A DNA stretch of 64,000 nucleotides from an uncultured Bacteriovoracaceae bacterium (lineage in GTDB: Bacteria; Bdellovibrionota; UBA2394), in NCBI GenBank assembly GCA_964626465.1, contig CAZVFP010000004.1:159491-223490 (forward strand). Reading direction: 5' to 3'. How positions within the stretch are numbered: the stretch's first letter is position 1; the number at the start of each line of letters is the position of its first letter. Both the position numbers and the translations under genes were made by a program. Of the stretch, positions 48,913-59,187 are shown one piece after another. The notes under the pieces are model-generated. The model did no database searches, was not told the origin of the DNA, and saw only the letters and a list, made by a program, of their open reading frames with translations.

Positions 48913-49932
48913 CTACTCCCCTAAATCAAGTGCAAAGTAGGTAATTACAAAATCTGCGCCAGCCCTGAAAATGCTGAGCAGAGATTCATGAATGGCGCGT
49001 TGACGATCGAGCAAACCTTCTGAAGCTGCCAGTTCAATCATCGCGCATTCGCCGCTCACTTGGTACGCAACCACTGGAACATTCGATGCCGCTTTAAAAT
49101 CGCTGATAATATCGAGGTACCACGAAGCTGGTTTTACCATCACGAAATCCGCGCTTTCACTGATGTCGAGTTCCAGCTCCCGAATAGCTTCGCGTCGATT
49201 TGCTGGATTCATCTGATAGGTTTTCTTATCACCTTTTACCTTTGCGTTCAGCGTGTCTCGAAAAGGACCATAGAGGCACGAAGCATATTTTGCACTGTAC
49301 GCCATAATCGAAATATCCATGAAACCTTCCGCATCAAGCGCCGATCGAATCGCCGCAACCCGACCGTCCATCATATCGGAAGGCGCAACAATATGTGCCC
49401 CGGATTTTGCATGCAGCACCGACATTTTGCACAGGATATCCACAGTCTCGTCGTTGAGAACCTTTGCGCCATCAAAAACACCGTCGTGTCCATGATCTGT
49501 ATACGGATCGAGAGCAATATCCGTCGCAATCAATATCTCAGGAAAGTTTTTGCGTATGGCCCGAATGGCCTGGGGTACGATACCGTTCTTATTTAGCGCA
49601 TAAGAGCCCTCGGAATCTTTCTTAGAAACGACGCCAAACAATAAGATGCATTTAATTCCTTTTTCAAAAGCCTTTTGTACCGATGAGTTCAATTGATCCA
49701 AAGAGACTGTGAGAAGTCCGGGAACATGGGGGTGCGCCTTCTTTATTTTTTTTCCTTCGCAAACAAATATTGGCCAGATGAGTTTTGCAGTTTGCACAGA
49801 GGTTTCTGCAACGATCGATCGGATCTCTGGGCTCTGGCGCAGTCGGCGCGGTCTATGGCGAATAGTCATGCCTCTATAATAAGACGCTTCGATGCTTCTG
49901 GGGAGAGGGAATTTGAACTCATTTCTCGACAT
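48913..49932 (-). CDS. hemB: porphobilinogen synthase (delta-aminolevulinic acid dehydratase)
   Basis: VKPASWYLDII...VVAYQVSGECAMIEL and other ALAD motifs; true start may be the internal Met (MTIRHRPRRLRQ, nt 49869). Confidence 0.9.
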   Translation of the reverse strand: MSRNEFKFPLPRSIEASYYRGMTIRHRPRRLRQSPEIRSIVAETSVQTAKLIWPIFVCEGKKIKKAHPHVPGLLTVSLDQLNSSVQKAFEKGIKCILLFGVVSKKDSEGSYALNKNGIVPQAIRAIRKNFPEILIATDIALDPYTDHGHDGVFDGAKVLNDETVDILCKMSVLHAKSGAHIVAPSDMMDGRVAAIRSALDAEGFMDISIMAYSAKYASCLYGPFRDTLNAKVKGDKKTYQMNPANRREAIRELELDISESADFVMVKPASWYLDIISDFKAASNVPVVAYQVSGECAMIELAASEGLLDRQRAIHESLLSIFRAGADFVITYFALDLGE

Positions 49933-49951
49933 CGCCTTAAGTCGTTCTTGG

Positions 49952-49976
49952 GTCTAGCATGAAGATTAGGCTAGAC
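49952..49976. promoter_or_regulatory. 7-bp inverted repeat (GTCTAGC-N11-GCTAGAC) in the hemB/icmF divergent region
   Basis: Exact IR at 49952-49958 / 49970-49976, located in the intergenic region just upstream of the icmF GTG start. Confidence 0.25.
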
Positions 49977-49984
49977 TCGCGCTC

Positions 49985-52900
49985 GTGATACCCGTTCGAT
50001 TTTTGACAGCCGCAGCTTTGTTCGATGGCCACGATGCCGCCATAAATGTAATTCGTCGAGTCATTCAAGATCTTGGCGCCGAAGTGATTCATCTCGGACA
50101 TAACAGGTCAGTTCAGGAAATTGTCAAAGCGGCGATTGAAGAGGATGTCGATGGAATTGCCATTAGCTCCTATCAAGGCGGGCACAATGAATTTTTCAGA
50201 TATTTGATCGATCAGTTAAAAGAAAATAATTCGTCGCATATTCAAGTTTTTGGGGGCGGAGGTGGAGTGATACTTCCGGAAGAAATTGATGCTCTTCAGC
50301 AGTATGGTGTGAAAAGAATTTTTTCTCCGGACGACGGTTTAAAGTTGGGGCTTGAGGGCATGGGTCGACAGATGATCGAAGCGTGTGAAACTGCAAGATC
50401 AGCGAGATCCCCGGCAAAGGTTGAACTAAAGAATTGGAGTCGTACGATTACTGCACTTGAACAAGGTGGGAAAGCTCCTGACAGTGGTGAGAAAAAAGGT
50501 CTTGTTCTTGGAATTACCGGAACAGGTGGCGCGGGCAAAAGCTCGCTTACCGACGAGCTTGTTCTTAGATTTTTGCGAGAGTATGAGGATCTAAAAATCG
50601 CGATTTATTCGATAGATCCCACGAAGAGAAAAACAGGCGGAGCTCTTCTCGGTGATCGGATTCGGATGAATTCTATTTATCATTCGAACGTTTATATGAG
50701 GTCTCTCGCGACACGGGGCGCCACAGGTGATTTGAGTGCGACAATATCGGAGATCGTAAAAGCCAGTCGGTCGAGCTCGTTTGATTTGACCATTGTTGAA
50801 ACACCTGGCGTCGGTCAAGGTTCCAGCGGTGTGACGTCCATTTCGGATGTATCTCTTTATGTGATGACTTCTGAGTACGGTGCGGCAACGCAACTTGAAA
50901 AGATTGATATGCTGGATTTTGCAGATTTTATTTCGATCAATAAATTTGATCGTCGAGGAAGCGATGATGCACTTCGTGAGGTGCGAAAACAGTATCGGCG
51001 CTCGAGAAAATTATTTCAAGGCGTGGTCGATGAGGATCTTCCTGTCTTCGGAACTCGTTGTAATATTTTTAACGATAGCGGGGTCACGAAGCTTTACAAA
51101 TCTTTAAGAGACAAATTGACGACAGTTGCGAAATCTTGGCCGAAGCGAGTTCGGGACTTCGAAATGGGCAATGAATTGAATTCTCTGGTTGTGCCACCAG
51201 AGAGAGCGCTTTATTTGACCGATATTTCGCGAGCGGTACGACGTTACAAGGAACAGACCAAGGCTGATGCGGACCTCGCACGAAAAGCCGAAGCTCTTTT
51301 GGAGGTTTCAAAAGACGGGGACTCTTCATTGAAGAAAAAGTCTGATGAATTGCTCAGCAAAATATCGGCTGAGTCACGATCGCTGTTGGACGAGTGGCCG
51401 AAAACGATGAAGCGTTACGAGGCCGATCGAGTTTCTTATACGGTTCGGGGTCGTGAGATCACGGTGCCTCAAACTTTCGTAACGTTGAGTGGCCTTCAAT
51501 TGAAACGAGTCACTTTTCCGCGCTTGCACTTTTGGAGTGATATTATTCGTTTCTGTCGGATGGAAAATCTTCCGGGATTTTTTCCCTATACGGCGGGCAT
51601 TTATCCCTTCAAAAGAACTGAGGAAGAACCACGAAGACAGTTTGCTGGCGAAGGACCTCCCGAAAAAACAAATAAGCGTTTTCATTTCCTCTGCAGAAAT
51701 GACAAAGCCAAACGTCTTTCTACGGCTTTTGATTCTGTAACACTCTATGGAGAAGATCCAGACCTCAGGCCTGATATTTACGGAAAGATTGGTGAGTCAG
51801 GAGTGAGCATCGCCACAGTTGATGATATTTCAGTTCTTTATTCTGGATTCGATCTTTGCGATGCACTGACTTCTGTGTCCATGACGATCAACGGCCCAGC
51901 CCCAATCATTCTGGCATTTTTTCTGAATGCAGCACTGAAGCAGCAGAGACAAAAATTCATTGAGAACAATCGCTGTGAGCCGAATGAGACTGAGCTCCGT
52001 GAGATTAAATCTAAGACATTGCAAAATGTCAGAGGCACAGTTCAGGCAGATATTCTGAAAGAAGATCAGGCACAGAATACTTGTATCTTTTCGACAGAGT
52101 TCGCTCTGAGAATGATGGCTGATATTCAGTCTTACTTTATTCAGGAGAAGGTCCGAAATTATTATTCAGTAAGTATTTCTGGCTATCACATCGCAGAAGC
52201 GGGAGCGAATCCAATCACTCAATTGGCATTCACGCTCGCGAATGGGTTTACGTATGTCGAATATTTTATTTCGAGAGGCATGAAGATCGATGATTTTGCA
52301 CCAAATTTATCGTTCTTCTTCAGCAACGGATTAGATCCTGAATATTCAGTGATTGGCAGAGTCGCTCGGCGAATTTGGGCCGTTGCAATGCGGGATCTTT
52401 ATGGCGCGAATGAGCGCTCACAAATGCTGAAGTATCATATCCAAACATCTGGAAGAAGTTTGCACTCTGCGGAGATTGAGTTTAACGATATTCGCACTAC
52501 GTTGCAGGCGCTAACCGCGATTTATGACAATTGTAATTCTCTTCACACGAATGCCTATGATGAAGCAATTACGACTCCGACCGAAGAAAGCGTGCGACGA
52601 GCGATGGCGATTCAAATGATTATTCACAGCGAGTTTGGAAATAGTCGTACAGAAAATATTCTTCAAGGTTCGCATGTCATCGAGGAACTTACAGAACTCG
52701 TTGAAGAAGCTGTGTTAAGCGAATTTGAACGAATTTCGCTACGAGGCGGTGTGCTCGGATCGATGGAAACTCAATATCAACGATCGAAGATCCAGGAAGA
52801 AAGCATGCTCTATGAGCGCTTGAAACATTCGGGAGAGTTGAAAGTGATAGGTGTGAATACATTTGTTCCTGAGGCTGGAGCCGTGAGAGGAAAAATTCCC

Positions 52901-53128
52901 CTCGCAAGATCAAATCAGGCCGAGAAAAATAAGCGTCTTGACGATTTGAACCTTTTTTGGAATTCGCACAGTTCTTCGCGTGAAATGGCGCTCGAAAAAT
53001 TGAAGAAGGTCGCGCTTGAAGGTGGGAATATTTTTGAAGAACTCATGGAGACGGTGAACACATGTTCTCTGGGTCAGATTAGTCAGGCTCTTTATGAAGT
53101 GGGTGGGCGCTATCGCAGGAATATTTAG
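49985..53128 (+). CDS. icmF: fused isobutyryl-CoA mutase (B12-binding domain + MeaB-like G-protein + mutase catalytic domain)
   Basis: N-terminal cobalamin-binding domain ([14 protein letters not shown]...), central P-loop GTPase ([17 protein letters not shown], ...DTPGVGQ...) and C-terminal methylmalonyl-CoA-mutase-like TIM barrel; 1047 aa; GTG start. Confidence 0.85.
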   Translation: MIPVRFLTAAALFDGHDAAINVIRRVIQDLGAEVIHLGHNRSVQEIVKAAIEEDVDGIAISSYQGGHNEFFRYLIDQLKENNSSHIQVFGGGGGVILPEEIDALQQYGVKRIFSPDDGLKLGLEGMGRQMIEACETARSARSPAKVELKNWSRTITALEQGGKAPDSGEKKGLVLGITGTGGAGKSSLTDELVLRFLREYEDLKIAIYSIDPTKRKTGGALLGDRIRMNSIYHSNVYMRSLATRGATGDLSATISEIVKASRSSSFDLTIVETPGVGQGSSGVTSISDVSLYVMTSEYGAATQLEKIDMLDFADFISINKFDRRGSDDALREVRKQYRRSRKLFQGVVDEDLPVFGTRCNIFNDSGVTKLYKSLRDKLTTVAKSWPKRVRDFEMGNELNSLVVPPERALYLTDISRAVRRYKEQTKADADLARKAEALLEVSKDGDSSLKKKSDELLSKISAESRSLLDEWPKTMKRYEADRVSYTVRGREITVPQTFVTLSGLQLKRVTFPRLHFWSDIIRFCRMENLPGFFPYTAGIYPFKRTEEEPRRQFAGEGPPEKTNKRFHFLCRNDKAKRLSTAFDSVTLYGEDPDLRPDIYGKIGESGVSIATVDDISVLYSGFDLCDALTSVSMTINGPAPIILAFFLNAALKQQRQKFIENNRCEPNETELREIKSKTLQNVRGTVQADILKEDQAQNTCIFSTEFALRMMADIQSYFIQEKVRNYYSVSISGYHIAEAGANPITQLAFTLANGFTYVEYFISRGMKIDDFAPNLSFFFSNGLDPEYSVIGRVARRIWAVAMRDLYGANERSQMLKYHIQTSGRSLHSAEIEFNDIRTTLQALTAIYDNCNSLHTNAYDEAITTPTEESVRRAMAIQMIIHSEFGNSRTENILQGSHVIEELTELVEEAVLSEFERISLRGGVLGSMETQYQRSKIQEESMLYERLKHSGELKVIGVNTFVPEAGAVRGKIPLARSNQAEKNKRLDDLNLFWNSHSSSREMALEKLKKVALEGGNIFEELMETVNTCSLGQISQALYEVGGRYRRNI

Positions 53129-53696
53129 ATGTCGTCAATTGAAGCGCCGTATTCATATGGCGCAGATAGACTCGCCAATTTTTGACAATTCCGAATAAAT
53201 CCGCCAAGAATTTTAAACTTTTGATGTTTGGAAATTCCTGTTCCGATGTGTCGATGACCGTTCTGAGTAGAATCATATTTTTTCTTACAGTTTCAGAGGC
53301 TCCGCACCAGAGAGCGCCCATTTCCATATCGACTAAGGCAGCTCGAGAAACGTCGGAAGCGTGCTTTTTTTCGTTTCGTGTTTTCAATAAAGTCTTAGAA
53401 GTAAATAGCCTCGCTCGAGCAAAGTCTAGATGGGGGATCTCAAGTTGATGGGATTTTCCGTCATAAAAAATTTCGTCGATGATAAATGTGTCGCCTGGCT
53501 TGAGATGGGGCGCCAACGCACCAGCACTTCCGAAGATGATGATGGGAGAGTCGATTGGGCTCTGGTTGAGATTTTTGGCAAGAACTTCCGCACGACGGAC
53601 GCCCATGCCAAATATTTCAGTGCGTGATTTAAATTTCGATGGGACTTCGAATCTTGTTGGACAAAATAGACGAAGTTTTCTGCCTTCATTTTGCAT
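53079..53696 (-). CDS. nucleoside phosphorylase family protein (MTA/SAH nucleosidase- or futalosine hydrolase-like)
   Basis: PNP_UDP_1-type motifs IIFGSAGAL...GDTFIIDE... and LVDMEMGAL; cannot tell MTAN from MqnB by eye; 3' end overlaps the icmF 3' end by 50 nt. Confidence 0.55.
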   Translation of the reverse strand: MQNEGRKLRLFCPTRFEVPSKFKSRTEIFGMGVRRAEVLAKNLNQSPIDSPIIIFGSAGALAPHLKPGDTFIIDEIFYDGKSHQLEIPHLDFARARLFTSKTLLKTRNEKKHASDVSRAALVDMEMGALWCGASETVRKNMILLRTVIDTSEQEFPNIKSLKFLADLFGIVKNWRVYLRHMNTALQLTTSKYSCDSAHPLHKEPD

Positions 53697-54123
53697 ACAG
53701 TAATTTTCCCAGACAGAACGCAGCCCAGATTAAGGGGGCAAGAAATTTCCAATATTTAGGGATGATGAAAACTTCTGGAATCGGAAAACGGACAACTCGA
53801 GAGACTTGAATGAACAACCAGGGAAAGCCAGCTCCAAATCCGAAAAGCCAAAAATCACACGGATAAAAAAGCGTCCAAGTTAAAATTCCACTCATAAAAA
53901 AATAGAGAATCCAGCGCTCTTTCGTCGAGTTTCGGAAGTCAAATCCGCCTTCATATCTGCTGAGTAGCGAGGTTATTGCAATGAATGAGACGAGGGACCC
54001 CGAACCTACTAACATCAATAGTGGATGGAAAAGGCTTGGAATGAGCCACAAAGAAGTTCTAATGATTCCAAAAAGTTGAAGCGAAATCCAAACCGCAAGA
54101 ATCTGAAGGACCATCCAAAACAT
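53686..54123 (-). CDS. hypothetical small polytopic membrane protein
   Basis: ~145 aa, 4 predicted TM helices; start placed at the internal Met (MFWMVLQ...) because the longer ORF (to 54345) would run into coaBC. Confidence 0.4.
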   Translation of the reverse strand: MFWMVLQILAVWISLQLFGIIRTSLWLIPSLFHPLLMLVGSGSLVSFIAITSLLSRYEGGFDFRNSTKERWILYFFMSGILTWTLFYPCDFWLFGFGAGFPWLFIQVSRVVRFPIPEVFIIPKYWKFLAPLIWAAFCLGKLLYAK

Positions 54124-54160
54124 GGACTTTAAGCTAGCAGGTATTTTAGTGTCTGTCTGA

Positions 54161-55354
54161 ATGAAAAATATCAGTGATGATCGAGGTGTTGTTCGAAAGG
54201 GCGAGCATTTGGCGAATGCAACGATTGATTTTATTGTTGCTGGTGGAATTGCGGCTATCGAAACGCCCAGGATCATTCGCGAGCTGAGAAGATATGGCGC
54301 AACGATTCGGCCTGTTTTGACAGAGGCGGGACAACAATTTATCACGCCGCTCTCGCTGGAGTGGGCATCGAGGAACTCGGTTTTGACTCAGCTGTCTGGC
54401 TCGGCGGAGCATATCACGAACGCAGATGCCGTGATTGTTGCGCCCGCGACATTAGATTTTATCTCAAAACTTTCGTTGGGAATTGCGGACAGTCATCCGC
54501 TCACGCTTTTGCAAAGTGTGATTGGTCGACGGCCGGTTTTCGTTTTTCCGACAATGCATGAGTCATTGTGGGAGAATCAGATCTTTCAAGAGAATTTGAG
54601 TAGGCTAAAAAAAATTCCTCAGGTTCATGTTTTTGACTTTGATGAAGTTGAAAATAAAAGAAAGATTCCACAACCTGAAATCTTCACTGCATTGATCTGC
54701 CATCATTTGACGGGGTCAACTTTGAGAGGCAAGAGCTTCGTTGTTACGTTGGGTGGCACGCGAAGTTATATCGATGATATTCGTTTTGTTTCAAATATCT
54801 CTACTGGTGCGATGGGAGTTGAAATCGCAAAAGAGCTCTATCTTAGGGGCGCAGATGTTTCGGTCATCTCGGGTTCAAGATCTGTTGGGATTCCGGCGTT
54901 TCTTCGCCATCAAAGCGTAGAGACCATTGAGGAGATGGAGCAGTGTTTAAAGAAGAAAGGTCGCGTGGATTGTGCAATTCTTGCCGCCGCAGTTTTGGAT
55001 TTCCAAGTCATGAAGAGGATGAAGGGTAAGCAGTCTTCGGACCTCGGAACAAAATCTTTGCAGATTGATCTGATTCCCACGAAAAAGATCATCGATGGCC
55101 AGCGTACTCGATCGAAGCTGCTGGTGGGTTTTAAGCTTGAAAGTGGAGGCTCAGCAGCAGCGCTGCAAGAGAAGGTCAGAGATTGGAATAAGAAAAAAAA
55201 ATGTGATCTTGTTGTCTGTAATCTTTTACAGGGAATTTCAAAAGATAAGCACGAGGCGTTTGTCTATGATTCTGCCTCCAATAAATTTTCGGATGGGAAG
55301 ACTAAAACGGAAATAGCGAAGCTGCTGGCTGATAGTCTTGAGCTACATTTTTAG
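54161..55354 (+). CDS. coaBC: bifunctional phosphopantothenoylcysteine decarboxylase / phosphopantothenate--cysteine ligase
   Basis: N-terminal flavoprotein domain (IDFIVAGGIAAIETPRIIREL..., DAVIVAPATLDFISKLSLGIAD) and C-terminal DFP ligase domain. Confidence 0.9.
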   Translation: MKNISDDRGVVRKGEHLANATIDFIVAGGIAAIETPRIIRELRRYGATIRPVLTEAGQQFITPLSLEWASRNSVLTQLSGSAEHITNADAVIVAPATLDFISKLSLGIADSHPLTLLQSVIGRRPVFVFPTMHESLWENQIFQENLSRLKKIPQVHVFDFDEVENKRKIPQPEIFTALICHHLTGSTLRGKSFVVTLGGTRSYIDDIRFVSNISTGAMGVEIAKELYLRGADVSVISGSRSVGIPAFLRHQSVETIEEMEQCLKKKGRVDCAILAAAVLDFQVMKRMKGKQSSDLGTKSLQIDLIPTKKIIDGQRTRSKLLVGFKLESGGSAAALQEKVRDWNKKKKCDLVVCNLLQGISKDKHEAFVYDSASNKFSDGKTKTEIAKLLADSLELHF

Positions 55355-56278
55355 ATACACATCAAATCCAAAGCCGTTTTCTGGGTGCTCATCTACCGTT
55401 CGCATAAAGAAGCCGCTCACATGCAGTTTCGGGGCGAGCATAGCGGCCCCTGCAGTCCAAAATGAATGGTTAATGTCATGGGCCCAGCGATAGCCGCTTC
55501 GAACAGCGAAGAATTCATTCACTAAGAAATCGCCTCCGATAGAATAATTCCAGTCTTGATTATCAATATAGAGTCGTCGGTCGGCATCAAATGCAATCCT
55601 AAAAAACTGGGGATAGGTATAGAGCGCCCCGAAGTGCGCCGACGGAGGAATGTGCAGGTCCTTTTCCAAGTCGTAGAGCGAGTTGATAAAAGCTCCGATG
55701 CTGAATCCCGCTCCAAGTGGCGAGAGGAATCCGACCGAATGAGTGAAATGCCAGCCATTTCCGGATGCCATGTCTGAAAAGTGAACAACGTGGCCTGAAA
55801 CGCCAATCACTGCGAACGGCAAACGATAGGCAAGAGCTGTCGTGAATTTTTTCTTCACTCCCCCGTTGGATTCATCCCAATAGAAACGGAAGCCCCCAAC
55901 AATGTCATTACTGCCATCGACGACCGAGATTCCCCAACGATTTTGACCAAGAGGCATTCGAAGATATTGGCCACCAGCCAGCCCCGAGCCCTGCAACAGG
56001 CTTAAACCAGCTGGATTCGTGGTAATTGCGTCCGTATTAGACGCGACAGCTGCCGAAGCTCCGCCAACCGAGTACGTAAATGGGCCCCAGTCTGACTCAA
56101 GAGGAAAGGGATGGCTCCCGCTTGCAGCGAATACTGGGAGTGGTCCAAATACCAATAAAAGCAAACAAAGAAGGTTGTTGGTGGGGGTGCTCTTTACAGA
56201 TTTAAAAGTCGCCATTAGAATCATCAAATTACCTCGGGGGGCTGGAGAGAGAAACAAAAACTCGCAGGTGAGTTTCAT
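55343..56278 (-). CDS. hypothetical outer-membrane/secreted protein (likely beta-rich)
   Basis: Signal peptide (…LLCLLLLVFGPLPVFAASG), Gly/aromatic-rich alternating pattern; true start probably an internal Met (~56215-56224). Confidence 0.45.
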   Translation of the reverse strand: MKLTCEFLFLSPAPRGNLMILMATFKSVKSTPTNNLLCLLLLVFGPLPVFAASGSHPFPLESDWGPFTYSVGGASAAVASNTDAITTNPAGLSLLQGSGLAGGQYLRMPLGQNRWGISVVDGSNDIVGGFRFYWDESNGGVKKKFTTALAYRLPFAVIGVSGHVVHFSDMASGNGWHFTHSVGFLSPLGAGFSIGAFINSLYDLEKDLHIPPSAHFGALYTYPQFFRIAFDADRRLYIDNQDWNYSIGGDFLVNEFFAVRSGYRWAHDINHSFWTAGAAMLAPKLHVSGFFMRTVDEHPENGFGFDVYLKM

Positions 56279-56363
56279 TTAGGACAAAGATTTTGGTTGA
56301 TCTGGGTGGAACGAATCATTAATTAGGTACGCCGGTGGCAAGATACGAATTTAAGGATGGCAT

Positions 56364-56798
56364 ATGTTAAATAAGAAAAAACTCGCAGATTATAAGAAAA
56401 TACTTCAAGCCAGGCTAGGAGAGCTCCTTACCGAGGCTGATCAAGCCGTAAAGGACATTTCCGAGGCGAACGCAGAGACTTCGTCAGACCCAACAGACCA
56501 GGCAGTTCTGGAGTTGGATAGAAGCCGCCTGCTGAGATTTAAGGATCGAGAGCGCAAGTTGATTAGAAAAATCGAAAAGGCGCTGAATCGAATCGAAGAA
56601 GGTTCATATGGTGGTTGCGAGGCTTGCGGTGCGGCGATTAGCGAAAGCCGACTGAAGGCGCGGCCTATGGCTACACTTTGCATCGATTGTGCAACTGAGC
56701 TGGAAAGTGAAAAAGCTAAAAGCCGATTGTTCGGTGGCGAAGTTGGAGAATCTGGAATCTCTGACTCTGACGATGACGAAGAAGCCAACGCCGGCTGA
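56364..56798 (+). CDS. dksA: DksA/TraR family C4-type zinc-finger transcription factor
   Basis: Coiled-coil N-terminus and CEACGAAI...CIDC zinc finger. Confidence 0.8.
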   Translation: MLNKKKLADYKKILQARLGELLTEADQAVKDISEANAETSSDPTDQAVLELDRSRLLRFKDRERKLIRKIEKALNRIEEGSYGGCEACGAAISESRLKARPMATLCIDCATELESEKAKSRLFGGEVGESGISDSDDDEEANAG

Positions 56799-56839
56799 TC
56801 TGAATTCATCTGAAAATTTTAGCGGCTCATTTTAAAGGG

Positions 56840-56898
56840 TCGGCTTTGGTAAGTTGTGAACTCTCTTTATTGACGTTCTAACAATTTACCAAAGCCGA
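56840..56898. repeat. 13-bp perfect inverted repeat with 33-nt spacer between the convergent dksA and phaR genes
   Basis: TCGGCTTTGGTAA (56840-56852) and TTACCAAAGCCGA (56886-56898) are exact reverse complements. Confidence 0.5.
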
Positions 56899-56911
56899 TT
56901 CCGTGCTCTAA

Positions 56912-57505
56912 TCATTGAGCGGTGTCAATTTGAGGATTGCGGTTGGCAGCCGGGTAGTCAGGCGTTTTTGTAAATTCGATCGAAGTACTGTTGGTATTGT
57001 TGCGTTTGCTAAGAAACTTTTCGAGGCGCTCGTCGATTTTCTGGTCGAGTTTGCTTCTGTGTGTTTCGAGGGCAACCTTCAGCTGGTATTGAAGAGCGGA
57101 GCCTTCCTGAGCGCTTAAGTCGCCCTTTTCAGTCAGCCGATTGATATAAGTTTCAATTTCAGTCCGATTTCTGATCTGAGAATCAATAGATCCAAATATA
57201 TACTTTTGCAGAAACTCGAAGAGGCTGTTGCTACTGCTCTTTACAATAGTTTTAAGGAGTGAAACGGGAAGAATACTTTGATTGGTCTTTTCTTGTTCGT
57301 AAAGAACTTGCGTGAGAATCAACCCGGTCACATCAGCTTTGGTATTGTTATCGATAACAATAATGTCTTGGCCATCTCGAATCATCTTTGCCAAGCCATC
57401 AAGAGTGACATAGCAACTGTTCTGTGTGTCGTAGAGTTTGCGATTTTGATACTTTTTAATAATTCTTACAGACTCTGACATCTTCCCCCCCAAGCTGACC
57501 TTCAT
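56912..57505 (-). CDS. phaR: polyhydroxyalkanoate synthesis repressor PhaR
   Basis: IKKYQNRKLYDTQNSCYVTLDGL matches the PhaR signature (IKKYPNRRLYDTQTSTYITL in Cupriavidus); start may be the internal MSESV... Confidence 0.75.
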   Translation of the reverse strand: MKVSLGGKMSESVRIIKKYQNRKLYDTQNSCYVTLDGLAKMIRDGQDIIVIDNNTKADVTGLILTQVLYEQEKTNQSILPVSLLKTIVKSSSNSLFEFLQKYIFGSIDSQIRNRTEIETYINRLTEKGDLSAQEGSALQYQLKVALETHRSKLDQKIDERLEKFLSKRNNTNSTSIEFTKTPDYPAANRNPQIDTAQ

Positions 57506-57724
57506 CAGAATTTTTTTTGCTCTAAGCTTTTACCTTCATATGTTTTTTTGCTGATCCTGCTTGAATTCAAAAAAAAACATTCGTAAAATGCTCGGCCCTC
57601 CCCCTTATTACAGATGCACAAATTTCCGTCGTCAAGACTTTTCGACCTCCTTAATCGTGCTATCTTGTTGAATTGTCAGGACCTTTCGTTGACCTCTCTC
57701 TTCTGGATTATATAAACTGCCAGC

Positions 57725-58102
57725 GTGTTACCTTCAGACTATGCGGGGATATTAATTCTATTGGTTTTGGGAATCTTAGTTGGGGTTGGGGCGCTAAGCA
57801 TTTCGCATTTCTTGGGCGCCCGAAGGGAATATCCAAATAAGGAGAGCCCATATGAATGCGGAATTCCGTCGGTAGGCGCCGAGGGCGAACGGTTTAGCGT
57901 TCGATTCTACCTTGTGGCGGTTTCTTTTATTCTATTCGATATTGAGACGGTCTTCCTCGTCCCGTGGGCGGTGCAATTCAAGCCAGCAATTATACGGGGT
58001 GATGGTCCATTTGTTTTGGCATTGGGAATGGTGTTTTTGGTCATATTGACTTTGGGGCTCGCGTACGAATGGAAGAAAGGCTTGCTTGATTGGAACCGCT
58101 GA
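57725..58102 (+). CDS. nuoA: NADH-quinone oxidoreductase subunit A
   Basis: 125 aa, 3 TM; PYECG motif and the ...FDIETVFL... region typical of NuoA/ND3. Confidence 0.85.
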   Translation: MLPSDYAGILILLVLGILVGVGALSISHFLGARREYPNKESPYECGIPSVGAEGERFSVRFYLVAVSFILFDIETVFLVPWAVQFKPAIIRGDGPFVLALGMVFLVILTLGLAYEWKKGLLDWNR

Positions 58103-59166
58103 AATTACTGCAATCAATTCCTGAACCATATATTAGCTGGATTTTTCTGGCGTTCAAAATAGGAGCCCTGTTTGGGGTCTGTTTTGGAGCTATTGGCCCT
58201 GTGATGGTTTGGGTTGAACGCCGGGTTTGTGCTTTGATTCAGGATCGCTACGGACCAAATCGGGTTGGCCCCTTTGGTCTGTTACAATCGGCCGCTGATG
58301 GAATTAAGCTTTTACTGAAAGAGGATTTGAGACCAACAGAGGTCCATAGATTCTTTTTTATTTTGGCGCCTGTACTGGCAGTGATTCCCGCGGCGATGGC
58401 GTTTGCAGCCATTCCATTTGGCCCGGCGACTACCGTATGGGGCCTTTTCTCCGAGCCTCGGCGTTTACAAATTGCAGAATTAAACGTGGGCTTTCTTTAT
58501 GTTCTAGCGATCTCTTCGTTGAGCGTTTACTCGGTGGCTCTTGCCGGTTGGGCGAGTAACAACAAGTATACAGTTCTGGGCGCTTTAAGGGCATCTGCTC
58601 AGATGATTAGTTATGAGCTTGCTGCCGGCATTGCGATTGTTGGAGTCGTCATGCTTTCGGGTTCAGTAGATCTCGTTAAAATAGTCGAATCGCAGAAATA
58701 CCTCTGGAATATTTTTCCTGGAATTTTGGCGTTTGCTGTTTTTCTTCCCGCCATTTTTGCCGAAACCAATCGAACGCCGTTTGATTTGGCGGAGTCGGAA
58801 GCCGAACTTGTGGCGGGTTTTCATACTGAATATTCTGGAATGAAGTTTGGCCTGTTTTTCTTGGCTGAGTACGTCAATATGACGACAGTCTCAGCGTTGA
58901 CGGTCTGCCTTTTTCTTGGAGGCTGGGAGCTCTTGCCTGGGCTTCCCTGGGAAGCAACCGGCTTGGATATGGCTAAACTTTGGTTTCTGCCTAGTCTTTG
59001 GTTTTTGGCCAAGGTTTCTGTCTTTATGTTCTTCTTCGTGTGGATTCGATGGACGGTTCCTCGATTTCGATATGATCAACTCATGAGTTTGGGATGGAAA
59101 ACTTTAATTCCAATTGGTCTTGTAAACCTGGTCGTTGCGGCGCTTTTCGTCCTTTTTAGAAATTAG
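58090..59166 (+). CDS. nuoH: NADH-quinone oxidoreductase subunit H
   Basis: DRYGPNRVGPFGLLQSAADGIKLL and EAESELVAGFHTEYSG are NuoH/ND1 signatures; follows nuoA directly (13-nt overlap) with no nuoB/C/D between. Confidence 0.9.
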   Translation: MEPLKLLQSIPEPYISWIFLAFKIGALFGVCFGAIGPVMVWVERRVCALIQDRYGPNRVGPFGLLQSAADGIKLLLKEDLRPTEVHRFFFILAPVLAVIPAAMAFAAIPFGPATTVWGLFSEPRRLQIAELNVGFLYVLAISSLSVYSVALAGWASNNKYTVLGALRASAQMISYELAAGIAIVGVVMLSGSVDLVKIVESQKYLWNIFPGILAFAVFLPAIFAETNRTPFDLAESEAELVAGFHTEYSGMKFGLFFLAEYVNMTTVSALTVCLFLGGWELLPGLPWEATGLDMAKLWFLPSLWFLAKVSVFMFFFVWIRWTVPRFRYDQLMSLGWKTLIPIGLVNLVVAALFVLFRN

Positions 59167-59187
59167 TGGGGAAGTGGATTTTTAAAT

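Noticed and set aside
49870-49984. Cobalamin riboswitch upstream of icmF
   Set aside because: The intergenic space is 52-115 nt depending on the hemB start. That is too short for an AdoCbl riboswitch of ~180-200 nt, and no B12-box-like motif was seen.
54124-54345. 5' extension of the small membrane-protein ORF up to 54345
   Set aside because: The extension would overlap the conserved N-terminus of coaBC on the other strand by ~185 nt. The internal Met at 54123 gives a compact divergent arrangement instead.
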